A DNA stretch of 64,000 bases from Candidatus Cryptobacteroides sp. (GTDB taxonomy: Bacteria > Bacteroidota > Bacteroidia > Bacteroidales > UBA932). The stretch spans positions 697 through 64,696 of the forward strand of contig JBJEBM010000040.1 in assembly GCA_051870055.1 (NCBI GenBank). The letters run 5' to 3'. Within the stretch, counting starts at the first letter, position 1. Every line of letters begins with the position of its first letter. Positions 10,285 through 19,033 of this stretch are shown here, in pieces. The notes beneath the pieces were generated by a model. That model made no database searches, was not told the origin of the DNA, and worked only from the letters and a program-made list of their open reading frames with translations. The translations under genes and the position numbers were made by a program.

Positions 10285-13200
10285 TCAGAGATTGAAGTTA
10301 ATGCCCACGCTGAAGGTCCTTGAAAGAGGATACGAGCAATAGTCCTCTCCAGGACGGAGTGCATCTGAAGCCCTCTTGTTGACCTCCGGGTTGTATCCGG
10401 AATAATTGGTAATAGTAAACAGGTTGGAACCCTGGACATAGATTCTGAACTTGGTTATTCCGCTCTTTCTCAGCCATTTGTCCGGCATCGTCCATCCGAG
10501 GGAAAGGTTCTGGAGCCTCAGGTATGAACCGTCTTCCAGATGGAATGTGGATGTGCAGGAGCCGTTGTTTCCCGAGGATTTCCTGGTGGCCCTGTTGAGA
10601 TTGCCGTAAGGGAACCGGTTCAGCGCCTCTTTCATCATATTGGAGGATGCCTCCATATTGAGCAGATAGCGTCTTTCGAGATTCAGGATCTCATTGCCAT
10701 AGACGCCCTGGAAATTTGCGGCAAGGTCAATGCCTTTCCATCCGAGGGTGATGCCGAAGCCGTAATAGAAATCAGGCATATAGTTGCCCACAATAACTCG
10801 GTCGTCATCTTTCTCGAGCACTCCGTCGCCGTCAGCATCGACGAACCTGAAGTCGCCGACCGTGGACGTGGAGAAATGCGGATAAGAGTCCAGTTCTTCC
10901 TGGTTGTGGAACACTCCGTCCTGTACAAGCAGATAGTAGCAGCCTACCGGCTGGCCGACCTTGGTGATATAGAATCCGCCAGCATATGAAGATTCCTTGA
11001 TGATTGGAGCGTCCTCGTCACCGAGGTGGAGAACCTTGTTGCGGTTCAATGACCAGTTGGCAGTGAAGTCGTAGTAGAAATCCCCGAACTGCTTGTGTGA
11101 GCGGAGGTTAAGCTCGACACCCTTGTTCTGCATCGAACCGATGTTTACATTGGAGCTTGTGAGTCCGGACACTACTGATACCGGCACGTCGAACAGCATA
11201 TTCGTGGTCTTGGAGAGATAGAAATCGGCATTAATTCCGAGGAGTCCGTTCCACAATGTAGCATCGAGGCCGATGTTGGTCTGGGTGTTCTTCTCCCAGC
11301 CGAGGTCGTTGTTGGCAATCTGCGAAGGATAGACCTGGTTTACCAGGCCGTTGCCGAGGTCAAGTGAAGCCGAACCATAGAGAGCCAGGTATTCCGAATT
11401 TCCAATCTGCGCATTACCTGTCTGGCCGACGCTGGCCCTGATTTTCAGGTCGTTGAGCCATTTTGCACCACTCATAAAGTTCTCGTCGCTGATTCGCCAG
11501 CCGATGGATGCTGCAGGGAAATATCCCCATCTGGTATTCGGGGCAAACCTGGAAGAACCGTCACCCCTGACAGATGCGGATACCATATACCTGCCCTTGT
11601 AGGAGTACTGGGCCCGGACGAGCCAGGAGGCGAACGTGTAAGCGTACTTGTTGTTGTAGGTGTTGTCAATGTCGAGAGTCTTTCCTCTCGTAGTGCGTAT
11701 CTTGTCGTCTCCAATCTGGCCCGTTCCTGAGATGTAGCTGGCCTGTGTGGTCTGTTTCTCGGCCTCATACACCGCAACGGCATTGACGGAGTGGTCGCCG
11801 AATTTCCTGTTGAAGGAAATCTGGTTGGATATGGTCCAGTGAAAATAGGAGTTTGCCTGGTTCGAAGCTGTCGGCTGCGAAGGTGCATCCAAGTATTTTG
11901 AACCCCTGAGTGGTATGTAAGATGGCCTGTAATAGTTTCTTATATAAGAATAATAATCTCCTCCGAGGGTGATTTTGTATTCAAGGCCCTTGATGAATTC
12001 GTAGGAGGCATAGACGTTTCCGATGAGGTTCACTTTCTCCCTGATATCATCAACTTCAAGAGCGAGGGCAACCGGATTGAGCACTTCGTTGGTCTGTGTG
12101 TCCCAGGGATTCCTTACATCTCCTGATTGCCTGAGGAGCCCGTTCATATCCCAGTTGTAGGACCCGTCCTCATTGTACGGCTGGAAAATAGGAGGCGCCA
12201 TCAATGCACTGGCTATCACTCCGTCACCGTTGTACTGGGAGTCGGATGCCACGTAGTTTGTCTTGGAGTATGAAGGCGAGAAACTTACGCCATATTTGAG
12301 ATTTCCTCTCTTGCCGTCGAAATTCGCCCTGAGACCATATCTCTGGAAGTCGGAGCCGATGATTGTTCCTTCCCTGTAAAGGTAGTTCGCCCCGATATAG
12401 TAGTTCATCGTTTTCGTCCTGGCGGATACGCTGATGGAATGCTTGTGTGAGATGGCAGTGCGGAAAATCTCGTCCTGCCAGTCAGTGTTTGTGAGAGTCC
12501 CTGTCTTGTCCTGGAGATATGCCTCGATGAGCGGGGAAATCCTGTGATAGACCTGTGGCCTGGATGGGGAAGGGTCTGATATCGTGCCTTCAGGTACATT
12601 GAACATATAGGCTCCGTTTCTGGCCTCCTTGAAAATCTCTGCCCATTCGTAGGCGTCGAGCATATCAATCTTCTTGGATACTTCGGAGACGCTGAACTGG
12701 CCGTCATAAGATATCACAGGCCTTTCTCCCGCGCCGCGTTTCGTGGTGACGAGAATTACGCCGCAGGAACCTCTTGAACCGTAAATGGCCGCCGCTGACG
12801 CATCCTTGAGCACTTCGAGGCTCTCGATGTCATTGCCGTCGAGGTTGGCGAAAGCCCTGGCCTCGCAAGGTATGCCGTCAATTACGTAGAGAGGCTCGTT
12901 GCCGGATGTGGCCGACTGGATTCCCCTGACACGTACGGAGACATTGCCGTCAGGCTGTCCGCCGAGGTTTATGACCTGGACGCCAGGCATCTTTGCCGCC
13001 ATCGCTTCACGGAAGTCAGTGGTCGGGGTGTTGGCGAACGCCTCTGCCTTGATTGAGGTGATTGATGTGGTCACATCCCTGGAGTTCTGGACACCGTAGC
13101 CCACTACGACGACATCATCGAGCCTGATGGCCTCCTCCATTAGGGCGAAATTTGCAACGGTCTGATTTTCCGTCAGTTGTATTGTCTGCGTAGCGTAACC

Positions 13201-13719
13201 TATAAGGGATGCCTCAAGGACTGCTTCCGGATTCGAAACTTTTACGGAATAGTTTCCGTCCATATCGCAACCGGCTCCGTTGTTTGTTCCTTTTTCAATG
13301 ACCATAGCGCCGATGACCGGGTTGCCGTCTTTGTCGAGCACCTTTCCGGTGACGGTTTTCGGACCGCGCTTCTCCGGCTGTGCCTGTTGCTGTACTGCCG
13401 GCTTGCTGACTTTTTTGAGAAGGATTATCTTCATATCCCGGAATTCGGCCGTTGCCTGCGGCAGGACTCTTTCAAGAATCGAGTCAATGCTTTCGTTCAC
13501 AGCAGTAACGGACACTTTCCTGGACAGGTCAATGTCTGTGTCAACGTACGCAAAGGTGTACGGGCTTGCCTGCTCAATGGCCTTGAGCAGTTCTTTTACT
13601 GTGACATCTTTGACGCTCACGCTCACTGTGCGGTTCTGGGCAAATGATGCCGCTGAGATGAACAGTGCGCACAGAACTGTGAGGCAAAGTTTTGTGACAG
13701 TGATGGCTGATTGTTTCAT
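10285..13719 (-). CDS. SusC/RagA TonB-dependent transporter with N-terminal signalling (STN) domain
   Basis: VVVGYG, PLYVIDG, VLKDASAAAIYGSRG, L.WEK and EDGSYLRLQN motifs, plus an N-terminal extension of about 100 aa. Confidence 0.95.
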   Translation of the reverse strand: MKQSAITVTKLCLTVLCALFISAASFAQNRTVSVSVKDVTVKELLKAIEQASPYTFAYVDTDIDLSRKVSVTAVNESIDSILERVLPQATAEFRDMKIILLKKVSKPAVQQQAQPEKRGPKTVTGKVLDKDGNPVIGAMVIEKGTNNGAGCDMDGNYSVKVSNPEAVLEASLIGYATQTIQLTENQTVANFALMEEAIRLDDVVVVGYGVQNSRDVTTSITSIKAEAFANTPTTDFREAMAAKMPGVQVINLGGQPDGNVSVRVRGIQSATSGNEPLYVIDGIPCEARAFANLDGNDIESLEVLKDASAAAIYGSRGSCGVILVTTKRGAGERPVISYDGQFSVSEVSKKIDMLDAYEWAEIFKEARNGAYMFNVPEGTISDPSPSRPQVYHRISPLIEAYLQDKTGTLTNTDWQDEIFRTAISHKHSISVSARTKTMNYYIGANYLYREGTIIGSDFQRYGLRANFDGKRGNLKYGVSFSPSYSKTNYVASDSQYNGDGVIASALMAPPIFQPYNEDGSYNWDMNGLLRQSGDVRNPWDTQTNEVLNPVALALEVDDIREKVNLIGNVYASYEFIKGLEYKITLGGDYYSYIRNYYRPSYIPLRGSKYLDAPSQPTASNQANSYFHWTISNQISFNRKFGDHSVNAVAVYEAEKQTTQASYISGTGQIGDDKIRTTRGKTLDIDNTYNNKYAYTFASWLVRAQYSYKGRYMVSASVRGDGSSRFAPNTRWGYFPAASIGWRISDENFMSGAKWLNDLKIRASVGQTGNAQIGNSEYLALYGSASLDLGNGLVNQVYPSQIANNDLGWEKNTQTNIGLDATLWNGLLGINADFYLSKTTNMLFDVPVSVVSGLTSSNVNIGSMQNKGVELNLRSHKQFGDFYYDFTANWSLNRNKVLHLGDEDAPIIKESSYAGGFYITKVGQPVGCYYLLVQDGVFHNQEELDSYPHFSTSTVGDFRFVDADGDGVLEKDDDRVIVGNYMPDFYYGFGITLGWKGIDLAANFQGVYGNEILNLERRYLLNMEASSNMMKEALNRFPYGNLNRATRKSSGNNGSCTSTFHLEDGSYLRLQNLSLGWTMPDKWLRKSGITKFRIYVQGSNLFTITNYSGYNPEVNKRASDALRPGEDYCSYPLSRTFSVGINFNL

Positions 13720-13738
13720 TGCTTGTTGTTTTAGTGCG

Positions 13739-14716
13739 TTATTTTCTTTCGAGGTGCAGATCTTTTCCCTGTATGCTCCATTTGACCGGCAGGAGGGTGC
13801 CCAGGATATCCATCACGTCCTCAAGCGGTTCGTTATTGACGGTCAACGACATACGTTTCTCCATCAGGGAACCGAGGTCGGCTTTGATTCCGATCCGGTA
13901 TCTGTGGGAGATGTTCTCAAGTATGTCCCGGAGCGCCACATTGTCAAAGGCGATTTCCTTCTCGTACCAGCGGCAGCATTCCCCGGCGCGGACGTATGAC
14001 ACCTCGGTCTGTCCGTCTTTTTTTGTGAATCTCTGGTTGGGCTTCAATATGATGCTTTCCCCGGATGTCTTGTCCGCTATCTGGACTGAACCGTTTCTCA
14101 GGATGACGTCGGTGCTGTTTTCTCCATTGTAGCCGCAGGCGTTGAATGAAGTTCCCAAAACCTTCACTTCCATATTGCCGTTCATCTTGATAATGAATGG
14201 CTTGCTTTCGTTTTTGGTTACTTCGAAAAATCCTTCGCCTTCAAGGGCGACTCTCCTTTTGCGCCTGTCGAAACGGCTGTCGTACCTGAGATGGCTGTCT
14301 TTGTTCAGCCATACTCTGGTGCCGTCCGGCAGGGAATACTTGCCGATGTTCTCGTCTGAAGCCATAAGGACGGTCTCTTTGCCGTTGTCTCCTATGATTT
14401 CCGCTGCGAAAAATCCGGAAGTGAACAGGACGGCCGCGGCGGCAGCTGCGGCGATGTATCTCATCACCGGGCGTTTGTGTTCGGTAATGCTGCTTTCGCT
14501 TCCGATTCTTCTGTGGAGTTCTTCAAGATTGGCAGGAAGGTCGAAGTCCCCTTTGTCTGCCGGAAAACTGTTCCAGTGCCCTTCGAGAATCCGGATCACC
14601 CGCTCGTCGTCTCCGTGGCGGGAGAGCCAGTCCCTGAACTCGTTTTCCAGTTCTTCCGGGATTTCCGCTCCGCTGAAGAAAAAGTCAAAAATCTGTCTGT
14701 AGTCCTCGGAACTCAT
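13739..14716 (-). CDS. FecR family anti-sigma factor
   Basis: Single TM helix; LPDGTRVWLN..S.L.Y, LEGEGFFEV and VLGTSFN motifs. Confidence 0.92.
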   Translation of the reverse strand: MSSEDYRQIFDFFFSGAEIPEELENEFRDWLSRHGDDERVIRILEGHWNSFPADKGDFDLPANLEELHRRIGSESSITEHKRPVMRYIAAAAAAAVLFTSGFFAAEIIGDNGKETVLMASDENIGKYSLPDGTRVWLNKDSHLRYDSRFDRRKRRVALEGEGFFEVTKNESKPFIIKMNGNMEVKVLGTSFNACGYNGENSTDVILRNGSVQIADKTSGESIILKPNQRFTKKDGQTEVSYVRAGECCRWYEKEIAFDNVALRDILENISHRYRIGIKADLGSLMEKRMSLTVNNEPLEDVMDILGTLLPVKWSIQGKDLHLERK

Positions 14717-15067
14717 TTATTCGGATTTCTGTTTGAATGTGTATGTCCCGGAGTAGGTTCCGGCCTTGATTCTGATTGTTCCGGTCCTTTCAGCTCCGGA
14801 ATTGTTTGGAGAGATGCTGATGACGGATTCGCTGATTCCCTGTCCGCCTTTCGCCGGTTCGACAGTGAACCAGTCTTCTCCCTCAAGAGTCCAGCCGCAG
14901 GTGGCGAAGATGGTTACAGCCTTCGTCGCTCCCTGTGCAGGCTGTGCAGGAAGGACTGTCTGGATCACGGCTGTGTCGTGAATCCCGGATTCGTCCTCCT
15001 TCTGGCACGCCACTGACAGAAGTAATGGTGTGACAATGAGTGACAATAATGATAAACGATGTCTCAT
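14717..15067 (-). CDS. Small BACON-domain lipoprotein
   Basis: Start MRHRLS gives lipobox SVAC; W......W..V.P..G.....N....RTG.I pattern. Confidence 0.75.
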   Translation of the reverse strand: MRHRLSLLSLIVTPLLLSVACQKEDESGIHDTAVIQTVLPAQPAQGATKAVTIFATCGWTLEGEDWFTVEPAKGGQGISESVISISPNNSGAERTGTIRIKAGTYSGTYTFKQKSE

Positions 15068-15142
15068 AGTGCGATTAATTATGAAATACTTGTCTGCGTT
15101 ATGCGGTTCTTTCCACATCGGGATTGAATCGTTTCATAATAA

Positions 15143-15168
15143 AGACACTTGAGACGGGCAATATGCTA
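15143..15168 (-). promoter_or_regulatory. Putative ECF-sigma promoter (TAG-N19-GTCT) of the first SusC/D locus
   Basis: Similar bipartite motifs occur at 22230-22256 and 34634-34659. Confidence 0.35.
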
Positions 15169-15208
15169 AACTCAACTTGAATTTTTTATTGGCGACGCAA
15201 AAATTGCG

Positions 15209-15216
15209 TATCTTTG
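15209..15216 (+). promoter_or_regulatory. -7 promoter element (TATCTTTG) for the peptide deformylase gene
   Basis: TAnnTTTG match; argues for a start at 15240 or 15270 rather than 15177. Confidence 0.55.
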
Positions 15217-15239
15217 TATGTTTTATTATCAATTATAAT

Positions 15240-15860
15240 ATGGACCTGGGTTTTGTTTCAAAGTGCGGGATGAATGCTTTTCTGGCGGCTACCTTGGCGA
15301 TCAGTTTGATGTCGTGCTCGCAATCCGGAGGCTGGAGCGTGGAAGAAAAGTCGCTTATTGCCGGTAAAGGGCAGATTATGAGAGTCCTGACAGTTGATGA
15401 TTATGAGGACTCCCTGTTTTTGAGAAGGGCGACGCTGGAAATGACTCCGGCGATGGTGGCATCGGAGGAATACCGGCTGCTGGCAAGTAAAATGGTTGCC
15501 ACTGTGACCTCTCCTGAACAGGACGGAGTAGGTATAGCTGGACCGCAGGTGGGAATATCGAGGCGGATGGTCGCTGTGCAACGCTTTGATATTGAGGGAG
15601 AACCATTCAGGGTATATCCGAATATAAAAATAACAGCGCGCAGAGGAGCTGAAGAATGCGGCCCTGAAGGCTGCCTGAGTGTGCCCGGCCGCAGGGGAGT
15701 AGTCAGCCGGAGCCGGGACATTGACATTACGTATATTTCACCTGAAACCCTGAAGGATACAATGGAGACAGTCCTGGGTTTCACTGCGGTGATTTTCCAG
15801 CACGAATGTGACCATCTGGATGGCATCCTCTATACAGACCGGCTGGTGACAGGGCGCTGA
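15240..15860 (+). CDS. def: Peptide deformylase with N-terminal lipoprotein signal peptide
   Basis: All three PDF motifs are present (GVGIAGPQ, EGCLS, QHECDH). The N-terminus reads AFLAATLAISLMSC. Confidence 0.9.
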   Translation: MDLGFVSKCGMNAFLAATLAISLMSCSQSGGWSVEEKSLIAGKGQIMRVLTVDDYEDSLFLRRATLEMTPAMVASEEYRLLASKMVATVTSPEQDGVGIAGPQVGISRRMVAVQRFDIEGEPFRVYPNIKITARRGAEECGPEGCLSVPGRRGVVSRSRDIDITYISPETLKDTMETVLGFTAVIFQHECDHLDGILYTDRLVTGR

Positions 15861-15899
15861 TTTGTCCGGACGGTCATCGCTATTCCGGAAGATTTTACG

Positions 15900-15907
15900 T
15901 AAGTTTG
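15900..15907 (+). promoter_or_regulatory. -7 promoter element (TAAGTTTG) for the ECF sigma gene
   Basis: TAnnTTTG match 20 nt upstream of the ATG. Confidence 0.55.
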
Positions 15908-15927
15908 CATAAGTAAACTTGTAACCG

Positions 15928-16506
15928 ATGAATGAATTATCTGACAGATATCTTGTTATGCAGCTCGCCAAAGGCGGGAAAGATGCTTATAATGAACTGT
16001 TTGCCAGATATTATTCCAAAGTGAGGCGGTTTCTGGCATCCGTGCTGTTTTCGGAAGAGGGGGTAGATGATCTTGCCCAGAATGTTTTCCTGAAAATATG
16101 GGAGAAAAGGAGCTCATTGACAGGTATAAAATCGCTGGATGCCTACATTTTCGCAATTGCGAGAAATGAGGCCTGTGATTATATCCGGCATAATGCCGTG
16201 AAGAAAAAATTCGTTGATTCTGCCGGAGACATTGAAGAATATATGTGCGACCTTCAGATTTCGTATGACACTGAGAAGATAGAGGAAATAGTCAACAAGT
16301 GCGTCGCATCGATGCCTCAACAGAGGCAGGCCTGCTATAAGATGAGCCGTGAGATGCATCTCTCCAATCAGAAAATCGCTGACAGCCTGAATATATCCAA
16401 AAGAACTGTTGACCGCCACATCTCCCTGGCACTGAAAGATATAAAGAAAGCAATCGGCGGAGTGCTTTCAGGATATGCGCTGTTTATAATGTCCTCCTGG
16501 ATGTAA
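15928..16506 (+). CDS. ECF RNA polymerase sigma-70 factor
   Basis: DDLAQNVFLKIWE, YIFAIARN and IADSLNISKRTV motifs. Confidence 0.92.
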   Translation: MNELSDRYLVMQLAKGGKDAYNELFARYYSKVRRFLASVLFSEEGVDDLAQNVFLKIWEKRSSLTGIKSLDAYIFAIARNEACDYIRHNAVKKKFVDSAGDIEEYMCDLQISYDTEKIEEIVNKCVASMPQQRQACYKMSREMHLSNQKIADSLNISKRTVDRHISLALKDIKKAIGGVLSGYALFIMSSWM

Positions 16507-16523
16507 ATTGAACACAGAGAATT

Positions 16524-17639
16524 ATGGACCAGTTGTTATATCATTATTCACTTTGTATTGCATTGCCGTTGATGCTGTTTTTCGGCTTTGACATGCTGTT
16601 TGCGCGCGTGCCCGACAAGAGCAAGTTCTCCAACTTCCTGCTTTCCCGCAGATTGATGGGCGCCGCCCTGCTAATCCTTGCGGCAAACTATGCAGTGCAC
16701 TTTTTCTTTGCCATCAGGCTTAAAGATGTGAATGCCGCCATATTGGCCAATATGACAACATACTTTCTCTGCTATTGGCTGTTCAGTTCGGCCTTGATGA
16801 CGCTTTTGGACAGCAAGTACGTCACGAGAAAACGGTTTTCAATCCATCTGGTTCTGTGGCTGGCATTTACTGGATTGGCAGCTACTGAATCTCTCCTGCT
16901 TGCGGATTCCGTTTCCTGGGCGACAAGAGTCCTCGCCCTGTTATTGGTGATATACGGCCTGTTCCTTTCTATCCGTCTGCTGCATACGTACAAAATGGCC
17001 GTGAAGATGTTTGAAAACACGCATTCGGACGATATCGGGGCGTATATCAGCTGGTTGTCAGTTTTCACCTACTGGGCTGTCATTTTCGGAGTCAGTTGCG
17101 CGCTGCTGACCTTCCTGCCTGACAGGTATATTTTCATCTGGGTATTGTCGGCTGTGCCTTTCTACATATATCTTTATTGCTGCTATCACAACTATATGTT
17201 CTTTTATGAGAAGGTTGACGATGCCTTGAAGGACGATATCGGGATGCTGGAGGATGGCTGTGTCCTGCCGTCTGGCGAGGACAATATTGAAGATGTTCCC
17301 GTCTATCACTCTGACATCGCGCCGCGCATAGAGGAATGGATAAAGAGTGAAGGCTATCGCAAGCCGGGTCTCACGCTGAATGAACTGTCGGCGCAGCTCT
17401 GCACGAACCGCACTTATCTGTCGGAATATATAAACAGCGTATATCAGATGACTTTCCGGGACTGGATTACGGACTTGCGTATCGAGTGCGCAAAGCGCTT
17501 GATGGTGCAGAATCCGAAACTGCGTGTGCAGGATATTTCCGTGATGTCGGGCTTCCTTTCCCTCAGCCATTTCTCAAGGACATTCCGTGAAAAAGAAGGC
17601 TGCTCCCCGGCCAGATGGAGCAAGGTCAATCCCGAATAA
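16524..17639 (+). CDS. Membrane-anchored AraC family transcriptional regulator
   Basis: About 7 N-terminal TM segments; C-terminal TNRTYLSEYIN, F.D.I..LRI..AK and GF.S.S.F.R.F....G..P motifs. Confidence 0.9.
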   Translation: MDQLLYHYSLCIALPLMLFFGFDMLFARVPDKSKFSNFLLSRRLMGAALLILAANYAVHFFFAIRLKDVNAAILANMTTYFLCYWLFSSALMTLLDSKYVTRKRFSIHLVLWLAFTGLAATESLLLADSVSWATRVLALLLVIYGLFLSIRLLHTYKMAVKMFENTHSDDIGAYISWLSVFTYWAVIFGVSCALLTFLPDRYIFIWVLSAVPFYIYLYCCYHNYMFFYEKVDDALKDDIGMLEDGCVLPSGEDNIEDVPVYHSDIAPRIEEWIKSEGYRKPGLTLNELSAQLCTNRTYLSEYINSVYQMTFRDWITDLRIECAKRLMVQNPKLRVQDISVMSGFLSLSHFSRTFREKEGCSPARWSKVNPE

Positions 17640-17678
17640 TCAGGTTCCAATTGCATAGAGGAATTGTGAAAACGTCAA

Positions 17679-17715
17679 AAATTTGCCATCCCGTAAAATA
17701 GTGGATGGCAAATTT
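17679..17715. promoter_or_regulatory. Perfect 13-bp inverted repeat (terminator or operator) between araC and the Ntn-hydrolase gene
   Basis: aaatttgccatcc-N11-ggatggcaaattt, followed by gtttt. Confidence 0.55.
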
Positions 17716-17796
17716 GTTTTCCCGCCGGGGTGTTTACTATATTTACCAAGAATTTCAATTCTTTTTTCCTCGAATCAATTCCCAATACAAATAAAT

Positions 17797-19014
17797 ATGT
17801 ATATTAAAAATCACACAACGTTCAGAACCTTGCTGAACTTCGCCATTGTTTCAACCACATTCCTGTTCACCGCCTGCAGTGAAAAAGGACCGGACATCCC
17901 GTCTCCTACACCGACTTCGAATCCGGCAGGCTTGATAGAAGACCCTGAAAAATTGGCTATGCTTTATTCCCTGACAGACCTTGAGGTCGACAAGGGACGC
18001 ATATATGAAATGACATATACCGTGGATTACAAACTGGATGAAGCCCTGAATGCGGGGATTGTCGGAACGACCTCTCTCCAGCAGTTTGCAATGACTCACC
18101 TTATGGATCTTAAGTCTCCCAAGCCTCTGAGCATGCGTTACGATGCCGGGTGCAGCGCTTTTGCGTGCACAGACAAAGATTCTAGGGATTTTATTATGGG
18201 GCGCAACTTCGACTTCAACCACAAGGACGAGAAGGGCGATCGTATAATGATACCGGCTATTGTTGTCCATACCGCTCCTGCAGGAGGAAAGAAGTCTGTT
18301 TCTTTCGTCGATGGCCAGTTTGTCTATTTGAATAGCGGATTTTATACCGACGGGGAAACCGACCTCTCAATATTGATGGCCCTGCCATATCTTCTTCTTG
18401 ACGGAATCAACGAGGACGGATTTGCAATCAGTGTCCTCAAACTCGACGGCAATCCGACCCGCCAGCATTACTCTGACAGGAAAAATATTTTCACTACTGT
18501 TGCAATGCGAATGCTCCTTGACCGTGCCAGCACAGTCGAGGAGGCGACGAGAATGTTGGAGCAGTACAATATGTGTATGGATAACGACGAAGCAAGCTAT
18601 CATTTCTTTATGGCTGATGCCACCGGCGATTATGCGATTGTGGAATATACTTTCAAGGAGGGCGAGGAGTACCCGACTGAAATGGAAGTTCTCAAGAGAG
18701 ATGATGTGTGGCGCTATGTCACAAACTTTTACGCTTCTCCATCAATGATTGATTCTCCGCACGGAAGTGTGATTTCAACGCACGGGAAATGGCGCTATGA
18801 CACGCTGAAGGTCAATCTTGCAAAATACCAGTACAAGCTGGATCCTGCCCAGGCAATGTCATTGCTGGAAAAGGTTGCCCAGGGCCCTGATGATGAAGAG
18901 CAGAGGTCCACCGGCTTCACCCAGTGGTCGGAGGTCTTTAACCTCAGCAAGAGGACAGTCAGGATGTCCATCCTCAGGGAGTTTGACAAGACATTCAACT
19001 TTACAATCGAATAA
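17797..19014 (+). CDS. Ntn-hydrolase lipoprotein (linear amide C-N hydrolase / C45-C59-like)
   Basis: Lipobox FTAC; G|CSAF nucleophile site, GRNFD, DGINEDG, H...ADATG, TNF and TQWS motifs. Confidence 0.85.
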   Translation: MYIKNHTTFRTLLNFAIVSTTFLFTACSEKGPDIPSPTPTSNPAGLIEDPEKLAMLYSLTDLEVDKGRIYEMTYTVDYKLDEALNAGIVGTTSLQQFAMTHLMDLKSPKPLSMRYDAGCSAFACTDKDSRDFIMGRNFDFNHKDEKGDRIMIPAIVVHTAPAGGKKSVSFVDGQFVYLNSGFYTDGETDLSILMALPYLLLDGINEDGFAISVLKLDGNPTRQHYSDRKNIFTTVAMRMLLDRASTVEEATRMLEQYNMCMDNDEASYHFFMADATGDYAIVEYTFKEGEEYPTEMEVLKRDDVWRYVTNFYASPSMIDSPHGSVISTHGKWRYDTLKVNLAKYQYKLDPAQAMSLLEKVAQGPDDEEQRSTGFTQWSEVFNLSKRTVRMSILREFDKTFNFTIE

Positions 19015-19033
19015 AACTCGTTCAATAGGGAAT

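Noticed and set aside
18818-19033. 72-aa N-terminal extension of the 670-aa ORF
   Set aside because: It overlaps the Ntn-hydrolase gene, and ATG 19034 gives a proper lipoprotein signal.
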